DNA of 64,000 bases. Origin: Podarcis cretensis (taxonomy: Eukaryota). Where the stretch lies: positions 27,590,001-27,654,000 of the forward strand of contig OX638155.1 of NCBI GenBank assembly GCA_951804945.1, read 5' to 3'. The notes below the pieces were generated by a model. The model searched no databases. It had not been told where the DNA came from and saw only the letters and a program-made list of their open reading frames with translations. Shown here piece by piece: positions 13,649 through 26,122 of this stretch (positions are counted from its first letter, which is position 1; every line of letters starts with the position of its first letter). The position numbers and the translations under genes were made by a program.

Positions 13649-13745
13649 AACAACAACACCAATAACAACAACAACAACAACAACAAAGTTTTATTTATAT
13701 CCCACCCTCCCCAGCCGAAGTTAGGCTCAGGGCAGCTAACATCAG
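13649..13745 (-). mobile_element. L2-type LINE 3' terminus with (TTG)n tail
   Basis: (AAC)n followed by TTTATTTATATCCCACCCTCCCCAGCC, the reverse of the tail at 36250-36320; similar tails at ~14664-14810, ~34803-34990 and ~37055-37300. Confidence 0.65.
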
Positions 13746-15232
13746 ATATATAACATTGGTATAAAATCAAACAATAATTAAATTAAATTTAAAAATATGC
13801 AGGTAGAAGCAATTTCCATAATTATGCCAGCATTTTCCCCAGTGGCCATGAATGCAAGAATAGCTGTTGTATCTGCATAAAGTCATGCCCAACTACATCA
13901 TGGGACAGCTTGTTTGGAGGGGGAAGTGAGTGTGATCTGACCCCATGGACATATAACTATCCTAATGTCCACATGAAAGCTGTCCACACTTGTAATACAG
14001 CTTTTAAATAAGCTCTTTCACATGTTGTGGGAATTTTTACATAAATCTGGAAAGTTAGTCTTACATTTTAGAGTAAAGATCACAGATGTACTGAGGTAGC
14101 TAGCCAAAAATATCTTGTTCTGAACTGTAGATAGAAAGAGCTCCTTTTAACTGCTTTGAAATTTGAACAGAGTGTCCATACCGGTGTTTTGTTTCTGTTT
14201 ATATTTGCTTGGATAAGACAGACCAAAAATAACCAACCCCCCACCACCCTGCCATCACATCCAAGAAATATTTAGGGTTAAATCTACAGGGTTCCACCCT
14301 GCATAAGTCCTACTTAGTATTCAATGCAACCCTCTTGGCTACGCTATGCATAGGTTGAGCTGCTTATTAATGAACCAGAGTCAGAGATGCAACAAACATT
14401 ATTTGTTGTTTTTTGTTTGTTTGTTTGTTACATAATCATTACTGAAAATACTATTTTTCTGTCATAATTCTTAAACTCCCACACCTAGGTTCCAGCACAG
14501 TTAAGGCATTTAGGGAGCAATTGTATGCACAGGATGCCTGCATTAAGCAAGCTGGTGTAAGTTAAGTCAGCACAGAGTTACACCAGATCCAAATCCTGTT
14601 TAGCAGTGAGGCAGCTGCTACTGTTCTGCGGAAGGAAAACAAACCAAGTTGCTAGGTCACATATTATTATTATTATTAATTTATTTATTTATACCCTGCC
14701 CATCTGTCTGGGTTTCCCCAGCCACTCTGGGTGGCTTCCAACAAAATATTAAAATACAATAGTCCATCAAACTTTAAAAGCTTCCCTAAACAGGGCTGCC
14801 TTCAGATGTCTGAAGCCTACTTCTTAACCCTCTGGTTGCACTCCTTTTGAAGGGGCTCACATTCAGCTCAGCTGGCTGGGCCAGGATAAGCAAGCTATGC
14901 CAGCTTATCTTCAGCTCAGCTGGCACAGAGGACCTTACCACCAGCTTTGAGGTGTTTCCCTTCATCATGTACCATCTGACAGGTGCTCACGACTTGCTCA
15001 TTTCTACACTCCATGTGGCAGACACAGAGAGCAATGGCCAATTCTTTTTAACTTGGAGGAAGTGTTACATCTTTCTAGTTACCAAATATTATGATTGTGC
15101 ATAATGTCTCTGATTGTGCAGTGAACTGTAATCACATTTAGTTGAGCCTGCTCATAGTTCCCCTTCAGACCCTCCTAATCAGGTTGGGAAAGCTGAGGTG
15201 GAGGAGGTCAGGCTGTCCTTGGATAAAGCTTA

Positions 15233-15573
15233 AAGGTAAAAGGACCCCTGACCATTAGGTCCTGTCGTGGCCAACTCTGGGGTTGCAGCGCTCATCTCAC
15301 TCTATTGGCCGAGGAAGCCGGTGTACAGCTTCTGAGTCATGTGGCCAGCATGACTAAGCTGCTTCTGGCGAACCAGAGCAGTGCACGGAAACGCCGTTTT
15401 CCTTCCCGCCGGAGTGGTACCTATTTCCCTACTTGCACTTTGACGTGCTTTCGAACTGCTAGGTTGACAGGCAAGCAACGGGAGCTCACCCCGTCGTGGG
15501 GATTCGAACCGCCAACCTTCTGATCGGCAAGTCCTAGGCTCTGTGGTTTAACCCACAACACCACACGCATCCC
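15233..15573 (-). mobile_element. Sauria SINE, full length
   Basis: tRNA-like head, (ACCTTT)n tail, 13-bp TSD TGGATAAAGCTTA (15220-15232, 15574-15586). Confidence 0.9.
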
Positions 15574-16191
15574 TGGATAAAGCTTAGGGACTCCTCAAGT
15601 CCCTCTCTGTCCATGTTAGCCAGCCATTTCCCAACATTCCATCCCACTCAAGCATGGCCGAGAAACAGAAAGCAGATCAGATAAATGCAAAGAGGGGTTA
15701 AGCCCCACTCAAAGATGGTGCATGCCTTGATTCCCTTCCCCCATGGAAACAAATGGTAGCCATTCATTTAACACAGGAGTGGGTAAAATTCAGTTCTCCC
15801 GTCCCTCAGTGATCTATCTCCTCCCTGAGTGTGGCTATGTCTTGTGTTTGGTGGCGGGGTGCCTCTGTTCACAGCGCCTGTTACCTGCTCTCTTTCTCTT
15901 ATAGTTTAAGTATTGATATATTGGAATGGTGGTCTCCATCAATATATACAGTGAAAATGTACAGCAGCCAAAATGATCATTAAAATTGTCATTTGCAACA
16001 GAATAGCTGCCATTGGGCTTCGCCCCTCCTCTCATATATTGCAAAGAGGGCAGTATCCTCCACCCACGACAATGAGGCACCCGCCCTAACCAGTGAGTGT
16101 GCAACACACACTCATTTTTGCACTATGCCTAACCACGGCATATTTCTTGTTTTGTATAACCATATCTTTATTGTATCTTCATTTTATGTAG

Positions 16192-16350
16192 GTACTTGAA
16201 GAATCCAAAGGTTTAGTTCGTAGTATTATGAAGGTGGACTTGGAACAAGCAAATGACAAAGAGTGTGAAGTTCTAAAGAAAATTTGGGGTTCTGCTCAAG
16301 GAATGGACTCAATGTTGAAATACTTGCAGAGGAAGATTGATGAATTTTGA
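16192..16350 (+). CDS. CDYL: CDYL last coding exon
   Basis: atgtag| acceptor; VLEESKGLVRSIMKVDLEQANDKECEVLKKIWGSAQGMDSMLKYLQRKIDEF*, TGA ends at 16350. Confidence 0.97.
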   Translation, partial: VLEESKGLVRSIMKVDLEQANDKECEVLKKIWGSAQGMDSMLKYLQRKIDEF

Positions 16351-17370
16351 AGAGATGCTCATTGACACTGGAAATGTATTTACTTTGGGACATCTGGGTT
16401 TTATGGATGCTCTAAACGAATTTAAAAGTCCAGCACTCAGAAAAGAGTGGGACTAAAGCTTGAGGAGAACTTCTTTTTATTGTCAAGGTTTTTTTAAAAA
16501 AAATTAAAGAAGTACTGTATGTTAAGCATTGAACAAATTTCCTTTCTCCATATATAGATTATAAATATATATATTATATTTCTTTATATACACAAACTAA
16601 AAAAAAAACTATAATGGAGTGCACTACCAAACTTTTGTCTTCTACTTTATCATTGGCTAGTACTGTATCAGAAGAAAAAAGGTGGATAAAATGAGGTGTT
16701 GCGTTATTTTGTATGTGGCAGGAAGGTCCTGAAGCAATGAGATATTTTTTCACTAGAGTACAGAATTGAAACGGGTATTGGCCAGCCCTTACTTTCACTG
16801 CCCAAAAAGAGTTAGTTGAGAAGAGGCGTTGCCTTGAATTCTGAGGAAGGTTCTAAATACCTCAAGTAATGATGCATTCAGAAAAAAAACAATTATTTTT
16901 TAAAAGAAAACCCTGTAATTAAATGGTCTATTTTCTCTGTCTCTTCTCCCTGCCCCCCCCCCAATCCCCACCTCCTTTAAAAAAATGAGTGTGCTCAGGA
17001 TTTATGCTATAAAAAACACTCAGCCCTTCTTGTTTGGGGTAGGATGCCCAATTCCTACCCAGAGAGCATAAAGAAGCCAGTCTGTCGTTGAAAAAGAAGC
17101 TTCATTTGCAGTATTAGTGAATCACTGAAATACCATATATACTATGGATAGCTTAGTCTTTAGTGGGTTTTATTATTTTAACTACATAATTGCTTCTGTT
17201 GCTGGGTGAGAAAACAACTCTATATAAGTTTTTGTTGTTGTTTTTTGGTTCTTTGGTTTGCTCTTTTTGTTCTTCTGTTTGAATTACACCAAAAAAATGT
17301 ATTTTATTTTATTTAATAAGTTAAAATTTCTTTTGGCACACTATTAAATATTCCCTTTCTTTACAACAAA
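16351..17370 (+). other. CDYL: CDYL 3' UTR (end approximate)
   Basis: AU/U-rich, repeat-free sequence after the stop; candidate poly(A) signal ATTAAA at 17343-17348 with U-rich sequence downstream. Confidence 0.55.
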
Positions 17371-18045
17371 AAAAACCCACCTTACCTTATATTAGATGTT
17401 TAATATCTTTTGTTTTTAGTTTGAATTATACACTATGGCCCTGATCCAGAGATCTTTCCATGCAGCAGCAGCAGGCTGCATGCATTCTGCAGTGGATGAG
17501 GAACTCCACTGCCAGACGATCAGCACTGTCAGCTGATTTCATGTCAGAGTGGGTTCTTGAAATCGGCTCCTCTGCCTTCAGGTTAGAAGAATCATCCATC
17601 TGTTTGGCAGTGCATTCTTGATACAAGAGTACCACACTGCAACACCCAGATGCTGGATGCAATTTTCTCTTCCCTGCCCCCGCCCCCCACACAGTGCCCT
17701 TTTGTGCTCATGGAACTGCATCCAGAAAGGCACTATGCCCATGAAAGCTTGTTTTCCATGTGCAGATTGCCATTATTGGATCAGCATGCATAAAATATGC
17801 AGTATTGATGCACAAGAGTGACCTTTGTAAACAATACCTATTTTGCATTCCTTTCAGGGGTGTGTGAGGATTCCTGACTCCAGATATCTATACTTGGGTA
17901 TCTGTTTGCAATCTTACTGAATGTATGAAGAATGGGGCGGGTGGGTGGGGGGAAGGAATCAAACATTATTTTTGTACAGTTTGGAACTTTATACTTGGAG
18001 CCTGACCACCTCATCCTAGTGGAGAGTTGTACAGTGTGTAAATCT

Positions 18046-18220
18046 NNNNNNNNNNNNNNNNNNNNNNNNNNNNNNNNNNNNNNNNNNNNNNNNNNNNNNN
18101 NNNNNNNNNNNNNNNNNNNNNNNNNNNNNNNNNNNNNNNNNNNNNNNNNNNNNNNNNNNNNNNNNNNNNNNNNNNNNNNNNNNNNNNNNNNNNNNNNNNN
18201 NNNNNNNNNNNNNNNNNNNN
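18046..18220. other. Assembly gap (175 N)
   Basis: Run of N. Confidence 1.
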
Positions 18221-19469
18221 GCAGTGTTTGCTCTCTTTCTCCTCCATCTCCCTGCCTTCACTCCCCCAGGAAATACTTCATTCCAGCTTTACAAATCCTT
18301 TTAAAATTGCAGTTTTCCTGTAAACACTGCTAGTTATTCTGAGACTGTTCTACTTAATTTCCTCATTTGCAGACATAACATATTAAAACAGTTATAGAAA
18401 AGGTCAGGAGGTTAACACTTCAACCTGGTTTACCTCTTAGATGATTCAGTGTAGATATAACAGGATTAGCTCTTTCCATCGGTGTCAAGTGGAAAGTTCA
18501 GTCTCAGCTACGAACTTCACTTGCATTGACTCTTAGGCCTTAGGCAAAAATAAAAGTATAGAAAAACACACATGATGATATTCTTCCAAATGACTGTTAT
18601 CTTCACATACTAGAAGCAATTACGGAACTTTTTCTACATTTTAGAATCTAGGCCAATTTTTGGTTTTCCACCCAACCATCTCATTGTTCCATTTTTTAAA
18701 AAATGAGTTTTAAGTTCCTATTTACTGGGGGGGGGGAGGAGGAAGAGGGTCTTTTTGATGGTGTGAACCAGTATGATAAACCTTCAGTGTTGTTGTGTTT
18801 TTTAGCCTTATTTTACCTAACAGTGAGTTGTACAGACTTCCAGTTTGTCTCAGTAACCTCTGCTAGGCTAGTGTTCCATTTTAAAAAATAATCAGTTCCT
18901 CTTCTAAAAAGCGTATTCTGTAATCTGGGGACCAACCTGAAAGCAGCCATTTTGTCAAGTATGTGGAGATTTTACTACATTGGCTTGTATCTCCCTGCTG
19001 CACATGAGAATAGACAGATCTGAAGAAAAACATGCCAAGTATTTTGGATAATTATCCCTCAGGCCTTCTACTCACACCCTACCTCACAAATCCATTTACC
19101 TGTCCATAGGGCCCACCTGGCTGATTTGGATAATGAGCATCCCTGCCCATCATGTTCAGAATATTTTTTTAATGTTTATTAACTGAATGTGTATGATCAC
19201 CACATATTCCCTGGGTGGCTCACAAATAAAACAATTAAAATGTACAATAATAAAAGCAATTAGAAAAGGTGTTTTTCTATTTAAAAAAATCAGGATCAGG
19301 CCATAAGATGCAAGTTACTTGGGAGCTTCACCTAACACAAACAGGTGTATTATGGAACAGGAAGGTCGTTCCATAACGTGCCAGTACCAAAAAGGTGGCT
19401 CTCCACTTCATTTGGTAGGGGGCACTAAGAGCTGAGTCTCTAAAGATGATCTTAAGGTTCAAGTGAATA

Positions 19470-19678
19470 CAGTGGTACCTCGGGTTAAGTACTTAATTTG
19501 TTCTGGAGGTCTGTTCTTAACCTGAAGCACCACTTTAGCTAATGGGGCCTCCTGTTGCCACCACGCCGCTGGAGCATGATTTCTGTTCTCATCCTGAAGC
19601 AAAGTTCTTAACCCAAGGTACTATTTCTGGGTTAGCGGAGTCTGTAACCTGAAGCGTATGTAACCTGAAGTACCACTG
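19470..19678. mobile_element. Tc1/mariner (Tigger-like) MITE inside a decayed L2-like fragment
   Basis: TA|CAGTGGTACCTCGGGTT ... AACCTGAAGTACCACTG|TA terminal inverted repeats with TA TSD. Confidence 0.85.
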
Positions 19679-21699
19679 TACATATAGGAAAAAGTGTCCT
19701 TTTAGGTACCCAAGCAATTCAGGTTTTTAAGGTTTAAAGCCAGCCCTTTAAATTAGGCATTGAAACAGACTTGCAGCCAATACAGCTGACAAAATACAGG
19801 TCTTATATGGGGAGTGGGACCATCTAGAAGTTCAACCATTGCTCAGTAATTTGAAACATTAAACAAAAATCAACTTATTAATACATAACCTTGTATAGAC
19901 AAAAACATATAGTGATTCCTGCCTCTAAGGAGCAGGCCATTAATTCTGGAAGAAAGATAGTGCCACAGCCTAAAGGGTCCTGTTCCCTGTCACCATCTGC
20001 CTTACTTTGGAATGCAGTTGCACCGAGAAGAAGGCTTTTGATGAGCTTTTGCTATTAATAACAATTTATGAATCACCTACATACATTTCAAGGTGATTTA
20101 TTGACACACCATAAAAAAACAGCTAAAATCATTTTAAAGACTGCACAAAAACAACTGAAGATAGGGGTTAATTTTGTATTGTTTTTAAACCTAAGACAGA
20201 GGCTTTTTTATCCAGCTGGAAATGATCGTCAAAACAAAAACGTATTCAGTTATTTCTGGACGGTACAGATTGTGGGTGCCTTTCATGTCTCTGCCACGAT
20301 GTCATTCCACAGAACAGGGGCAGACATGCTGAAAGCCATGCTCCAAGTTACTGTAGAGCAGACTTCTTGTATTTCTAGAATATTTTTTTGAGAAACTCCT
20401 GCAAATCATACTGAACTATATGTTCTCAATACACAGGCTGGTATATGTGAGGAAAGGCATTCTTTCAGGAACTCAGGGTTGTTGAGATGTTGGGGAAGTT
20501 TAAGCTTAATAAATTCGATTTTTCTTGCACCTGTAGACTGGCTACTATCCATTTTCTTCCCCTCCCTGTCCTCCCTGCATTTGTTGCTTTGTTTAGTTTC
20601 TTGGTGGGATTTGGTCCTATTTGTTATCCTTTCATACTCTAGAGGCAATGACCCTAAGGACAGGAATGGAGCAGCTCTTTCTCCCATCTGCCACTTCCAG
20701 AGTTCTCAGTCAGGGTCTCAAAGGGGATCTCTGAGATGTTACCTCTCTCAACAGTAAGAGATCATACCAAGAATCCCAACGTTCATTACTCCATGCACGT
20801 ATTTTGCAACCTCTCATAGGCTCTCAGCCCACAGTTGTGTGGTAGACAATAAAGAATGATTGTCAGACTCTAATGACAAAATTTTAACAGCATTTTTTTT
20901 TTTTAGGGTGTTGCACATTCTGCTTTGTAGAAAGCCATGATGCAAGCAGAATGTGACATCACTGAATTACAGCATGTTGCTCATTCAGAGATACTCTGTT
21001 AAACACTTGATCAGTAGTTTTATTCTTGTTATGAATAGCTTCATAGATGGCTGCAGCCATGGCCTCTGGATTACATCATTAAGCATTGGTTTCAATTATG
21101 AATCACTGAGTCACCCTGTTCTCCAGTCTCTAGTTCCATCCAGGAAGCAAAATTGTGCAACTCTACCAATGAATCTGAAATTATCTCATGGACTGTCCAT
21201 GGTTATAAGCAAGATGCATTCATCTGGGAACGTCTTGTGGTTGGACATTAAACATACCGATTATTTTAAAAGAATAATTAAGGTTAAGTTGGAACTTGAA
21301 TCAAGTAGGAAGGTCTTGAAACCTGTTTCAAAAAACTGTACCTTGAAATGGCACTTCAGATAAATGCATTTAACATTATTGTTGCCAATAGGAAGGGAAG
21401 AGGTTCCACAATCATAGGAACAGGTGCCTGGCTTGCTGTTCTGCCCACAAACACTTGGTTGAAACTAGCACTACCCAAGCCATATGGGAAACTCTGGCAC
21501 ACAGATTGTATATTAATATATTTTGCATTTTATGTATGAAGTTTCTATTCCACCCTTCCTCCCAAGGGAGCCCTTTCTGGTACTGACCCTGCAAATAGGA
21601 GCAGAGCCACAGTAAAATGGTGCCTCCAACTTCCCATCCCCAAGTCATTCCACAGGGACACCATGGTCAGTGGTGTCTAAAGTCACTGGGAGATCAAGG

Positions 21700-23030
21700 A
21701 ACACCAACAAGGCTGCACTTCCTCTGAACTTGATGACACAGCAATCCTCTCAAGAACTCCTATAGGCCTGAAAACACTGGCAGCATACTGCAAGGAGAGC
21801 AGACTAGAACTAAATTATCAGAAAATCAAGATCATGTGCTTTGCCAAAAGGCCCAAACCTTGCTCATGCCATAAGATTGCTCAGTGGCCATAAGACTGAG
21901 CAGCTCACCTGCTGCAAATATTTGAGTATAACCCTTCACTCCTCAGAAAGTAGAAATGCCTACAAGGTTTATGTTGCAGGGAATGCCCAGAGAAGCGCAA
22001 ATGCAATGCTCAGGTACCTCAGGACTAAAGGCGGACAATATATACCTGCAGCCCTCAAACTGTTTGAGGCCAAATCCATTGTGCAGCTTGTATATTGTGC
22101 CCAATTAGGTCCCCTTGCCAACTGTGCGCCATTAGAACTGGTACAATCTAAAATTTAAGATCAGCCCTACAAGTGCCTAAACACGTCTCCAAAGCTACCA
22201 CACGTCTCGAAACTGGATTTGTAAGAATCGAGGCTAGAGGATGGCTCACCACACTAAATTACTGGCTAAGACTATCCTTTCTCCCATGTGGCCTTGCTCC
22301 CTTAACATTTAAGGTCAGTTTCCAAACGACATGGAAACGTGAAATGATAAACATAATAACAACTCTAGGCTTCACCCCGCAGATCCTATTCGACATGGAG
22401 TATGAACAAGCCAAAAAAGCATCAAACAGCACATGGAAGATACCAAATGCCAAGCAGATCCAGCCAGGTCCCCCCCAATTTTAATCAGTGAAACCAGAAG
22501 ATACCACCTCCCAGATGCCATATATAACTAACCTTGAAATTCCAAAACAGTGAAGGGCTTTCACTCTGGCCTGTTGCCAGGCCCTCCCTTCAGCCATCCA
22601 GGGCTGCTTTAGGAAGACACCATATGGGGAGAGGAAATGCCCATGTGGCTCTAGGCAACTGGAAACAACAGAACATGTCTTTTTCCTCTGCCAATACTAT
22701 ACAGATATACAAGCTAGGTTCATCTTGCCTATATTACATAAATTCCCAGAACAACTTTATACCTCCCTGCTACTTCCAAGATGAAAACCCATATTACATA
22801 CTCAGTTGCTAGATTCTGCACTGCCATGATGGATATTCATCAAAAGGATGGTTTGTGCCACAAAATGCAAGACCTGTGCTCCTTCACACTCCCTCCCTTA
22901 TAGTTTTAACTGTTTGTCTCTGTTTCTATGTTTTTACGTATGTATAATATAATCACCTTTTAATTACTAGTTTTTATTCCTTACCTGTTTTAATTGTGTG
23001 TTTTAAATCGTATGTTTTATCTTATGCTAA
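21700..23030 (+). mobile_element. Degenerate non-LTR retrotransposon 3' part (RT C-half + C-terminal Cys/His motif; clade uncertain, RTEX-like)
   Basis: Frameshifted peptides DDTAILSRTPIGL, LELNYQKIKIM, RLETG, CPCGS..ETTEHVFFLC, then an AT-rich 3' UTR. Confidence 0.7.
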
Positions 23031-23034
23031 CCTG

Positions 23035-23275
23035 CCAACCTAGCAGTTCGAAAGCGTGTCAAAGTGCAAGTAGATAAATAGGTACCACTCTGGCGGGAAG
23101 GTAAACGGCATTTCTGTGCGCTGCTCTGGTTCGCCAGAAGTGGCTTAGTCATGCTGGCCACATGACCCGGAAGCTGTACGCCGGCTCCCTTGGCCAATAA
23201 AGCGTGATGAGCGCCGCAACCCGAGAGTTGGCCATGACTGGACCTAATGGTCAGGGGTCCCTTTACCTTTACCTT
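23035..23275 (+). mobile_element. Sauria SINE, 5'-truncated
   Basis: Body GCAAGTAGATAAATAGGTACC, tail CCCTTTACCTTTACCTT; flanked by TAACCTG repeat. Confidence 0.88.
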
Positions 23276-25889
23276 TAACCTGTGACCAAAATAATGTTTG
23301 ATACTGATACTGACACTCTGTATCTTTCCTGATAAAGGTCAACAATCAAGCTGAGCAAGGGTACTAAAACCAGGCCTGAAACTAGACTAAAATGGGTCTC
23401 AAATATCTGCTTCCTCCAGGGACAACTGCAGCTGGCCAACTACCACCCTATTTATCCCATTTTTCAAACAATTATTTTCTTCCAAAGCAACTTGCTTCAA
23501 TAAAGCAGAGATAGGCACTGCCATCAGGCTTTCAGATATACTCAAGGGAAAGGAAGCAGGGTGAACAGGTAGAGAAGGGAGATCAATTCTTCAGTGCAAG
23601 AACAAAGTGGTGAGCTATAAATGAGCATTTGGGACTAGAAGCTCTTCCCTTGCACCTGTTCTTGTCTGAACAGCAGGCAGGGGCTCTTATTCCTTTGGCC
23701 AAATGATAGGGCCTGAGTGCCCTTTCCCCATTGCAGGCAGATTAATGCAATATGTTAATTGGTCAAATTAATTTGTAACTTTTTGTGTCTTTCACCCACT
23801 CATGCAAAAGGGAACAACTAAAAATCACTACGTACTATATTTTCCCTCAATCTAAAGTGTAACACACACTGTATAGTACTGGTGTCATTTCTAGCTAACC
23901 AACCAAAGTGAGCAAGTTGGTTTATTTTTCACCTTGTAAATGTTATGATTCCACTGGTCACCAGAGATTCTGGAATGAAGCCTGACAGATTTGTTTAGGG
24001 CACACTTCTAGGTTTCACATTTGAATGTCAGATTGATTCCCTTGCCCATTTTCAAAGGAGAAGGGAAAATGCAAATTAATGAAATATGACCTCTCACTTG
24101 AAAACTGACATAGCAGAGTGTCTCAAATGCTCTTTAAGAACTTGCTGTATGATTTGCTTTATGCAGCATTAGAGTTACAGCCCTGCAAAGATTACACACA
24201 TGCCTTAGACTGACCTAATATAGATACCTTTGGCCTCAGCTAATAATTTACAATGCCTATGGTTTTCAGGGAGTGACGTATGAGCTATCTGCAAATGAAT
24301 ATGTATGAGCTTTATAGACACTTGTGTCTAAGACCACATATGACATTCGGCAATAAAAAGTTAATTTGAACTAAACCTTAATCCTGAACATGCAACATTG
24401 CTGCAAATCTGAAGAAAGGCACTTTCACAATCAATGTTGCCCCAATAAGGGGTTAATTCAAAGCCATTTGTGTTCTAGCTGTGAACTGGGACACAACAAT
24501 AAGCCATTTGATTCTTCATTTTTACAAAGAAGCCAAGAGTGTGGTTCATATTTTACCTTTTGAAGAGGTGTGACTTCTCTTAGGAGCCCTCCATGGGTAA
24601 ATGCAAGTACTCTGCTCTAAAAGGTCTGGTACTCTTAGCAATGGGGGGAGCTTCTATTCACTCAAGGGTCATGATACATTATATGGAGAATGGAGATCCA
24701 AGCAGCTTTAAAAACATCCAGACATAACGTAGCTTGCTATTTTCTATGGACACAATCCTCCAGATACTGATGTTGCACAATCTCCATTTAAATGAACAGA
24801 GCCGCAGTAAAACTTGGAAGATTTACAGATCTTAACCCCCCACCCCAAGTAGAATTTTTTAGATTTTACTTACTCTTTGTTCCACCGATTAAGGAGTAGA
24901 GAGACTGAATCATGTTGAATAAAGGAATGATACATGGCTCCCCCCTATATCCTCACGCTGTTTTGAAGGGGAATGCTTCCGTTTTGTAATCTGCTGTGTC
25001 AGAAGATGTATGTGCTACAACCACCATTTTTTTGCTGGGGGGTGGGAGGGAAGACAGAAGAGAAATCAAGGCTCTAGTTGATATCCCCCCACCCCAGTCA
25101 TCATGGATCGCTAAAAGACAACCTGTCTTTGCACAACTAAAGTGATGACCAAGTACAGGTGAAGTGTTGCCACGGAAACAAAATACCTGGGGCTCCATGT
25201 GGAAGGGTGCATGTCTTTCTTCCCTCCTGCCGTGGCTGGAGATGTAATCAATGTGTCTGTGTCTGAAAGAGAACAAAAAAGACTACCATTCTTGAAACTA
25301 GGTCTGAAAGAGACAGCTATGGCCCTAGGAACCTAGTGGGTGAGCAGGACATGTTGGAAAGTTAATGAGGTGAAGCTGCTTTCATGTTCTGGCTCTGTAT
25401 ACATGCAAATAAAGCTTGTATCACAGAAACTCTACCTGTGACCATGGGCATCTATGGGGCACGGGGGCGTGGCAAGGGCTACCTTTTGGTGTTTTAATTT
25501 GCAGGGGAAATTCCTGGAGATGCCCATGCCAATGACCTCCATTCCAAGGAAGAGTAACTCACGAAAATTACTCAATTCAGCTGACTGGGCATCCAGTTGC
25601 CTCGCATACGTAACTCCCCAATTATATATGTAATATGCTGCCATGTGTTAACTTTGTGTGCTCTTCTGAATTGGCAGTTCTGATAAGTTGCTCATGAAAT
25701 AATGGGAGAGGTTCCCTGGGCACAGAGCACTCATGGACCAGGGTGAATCAGTCTTCTGTTGTAGATACAGGGAGAAGAGTGAAATACATTGGTGAAGGGC
25801 ACGTGAGGATGTTTTTAAAATTTGGCTGTGCTCCTAAGCACATTTTACTCAGAAGTAACATTAGTTGCTATTAAGTGTGTTTAAGAATA

Positions 25890-26122
25890 CAGTGATAGCT
25901 CGGTTTACGAACTTAATCCGTTCCAGAAGTCTGTTCTTAAACCAAAACCGTTCTTAAACCGAGGCAGCTTTCCCTAATAAGGCCTCCCGCCGCCAGTGCC
26001 CTTCCACCATTCTGATTCTGTTCTAAGACCGAGGTAAAGTTCTCAAACCAAGACACTATTTCCAGTTTTGCGGCGTTTATAAACCAAATCACTCTTAAAC
26101 TGGACTGTTCTTAAACCGAGGT
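25890..26122. mobile_element. Tc1/mariner MITE, related family, right TIR incomplete
   Basis: TA|CAGTGATAGCTCGGTTTA ... TAAACCGAGGT; internal similarity to 19470-19678. Confidence 0.75.

Noticed and set aside
17932-18333. ORFs spanning the N run
   Set aside because: Artefacts of the assembly gap.
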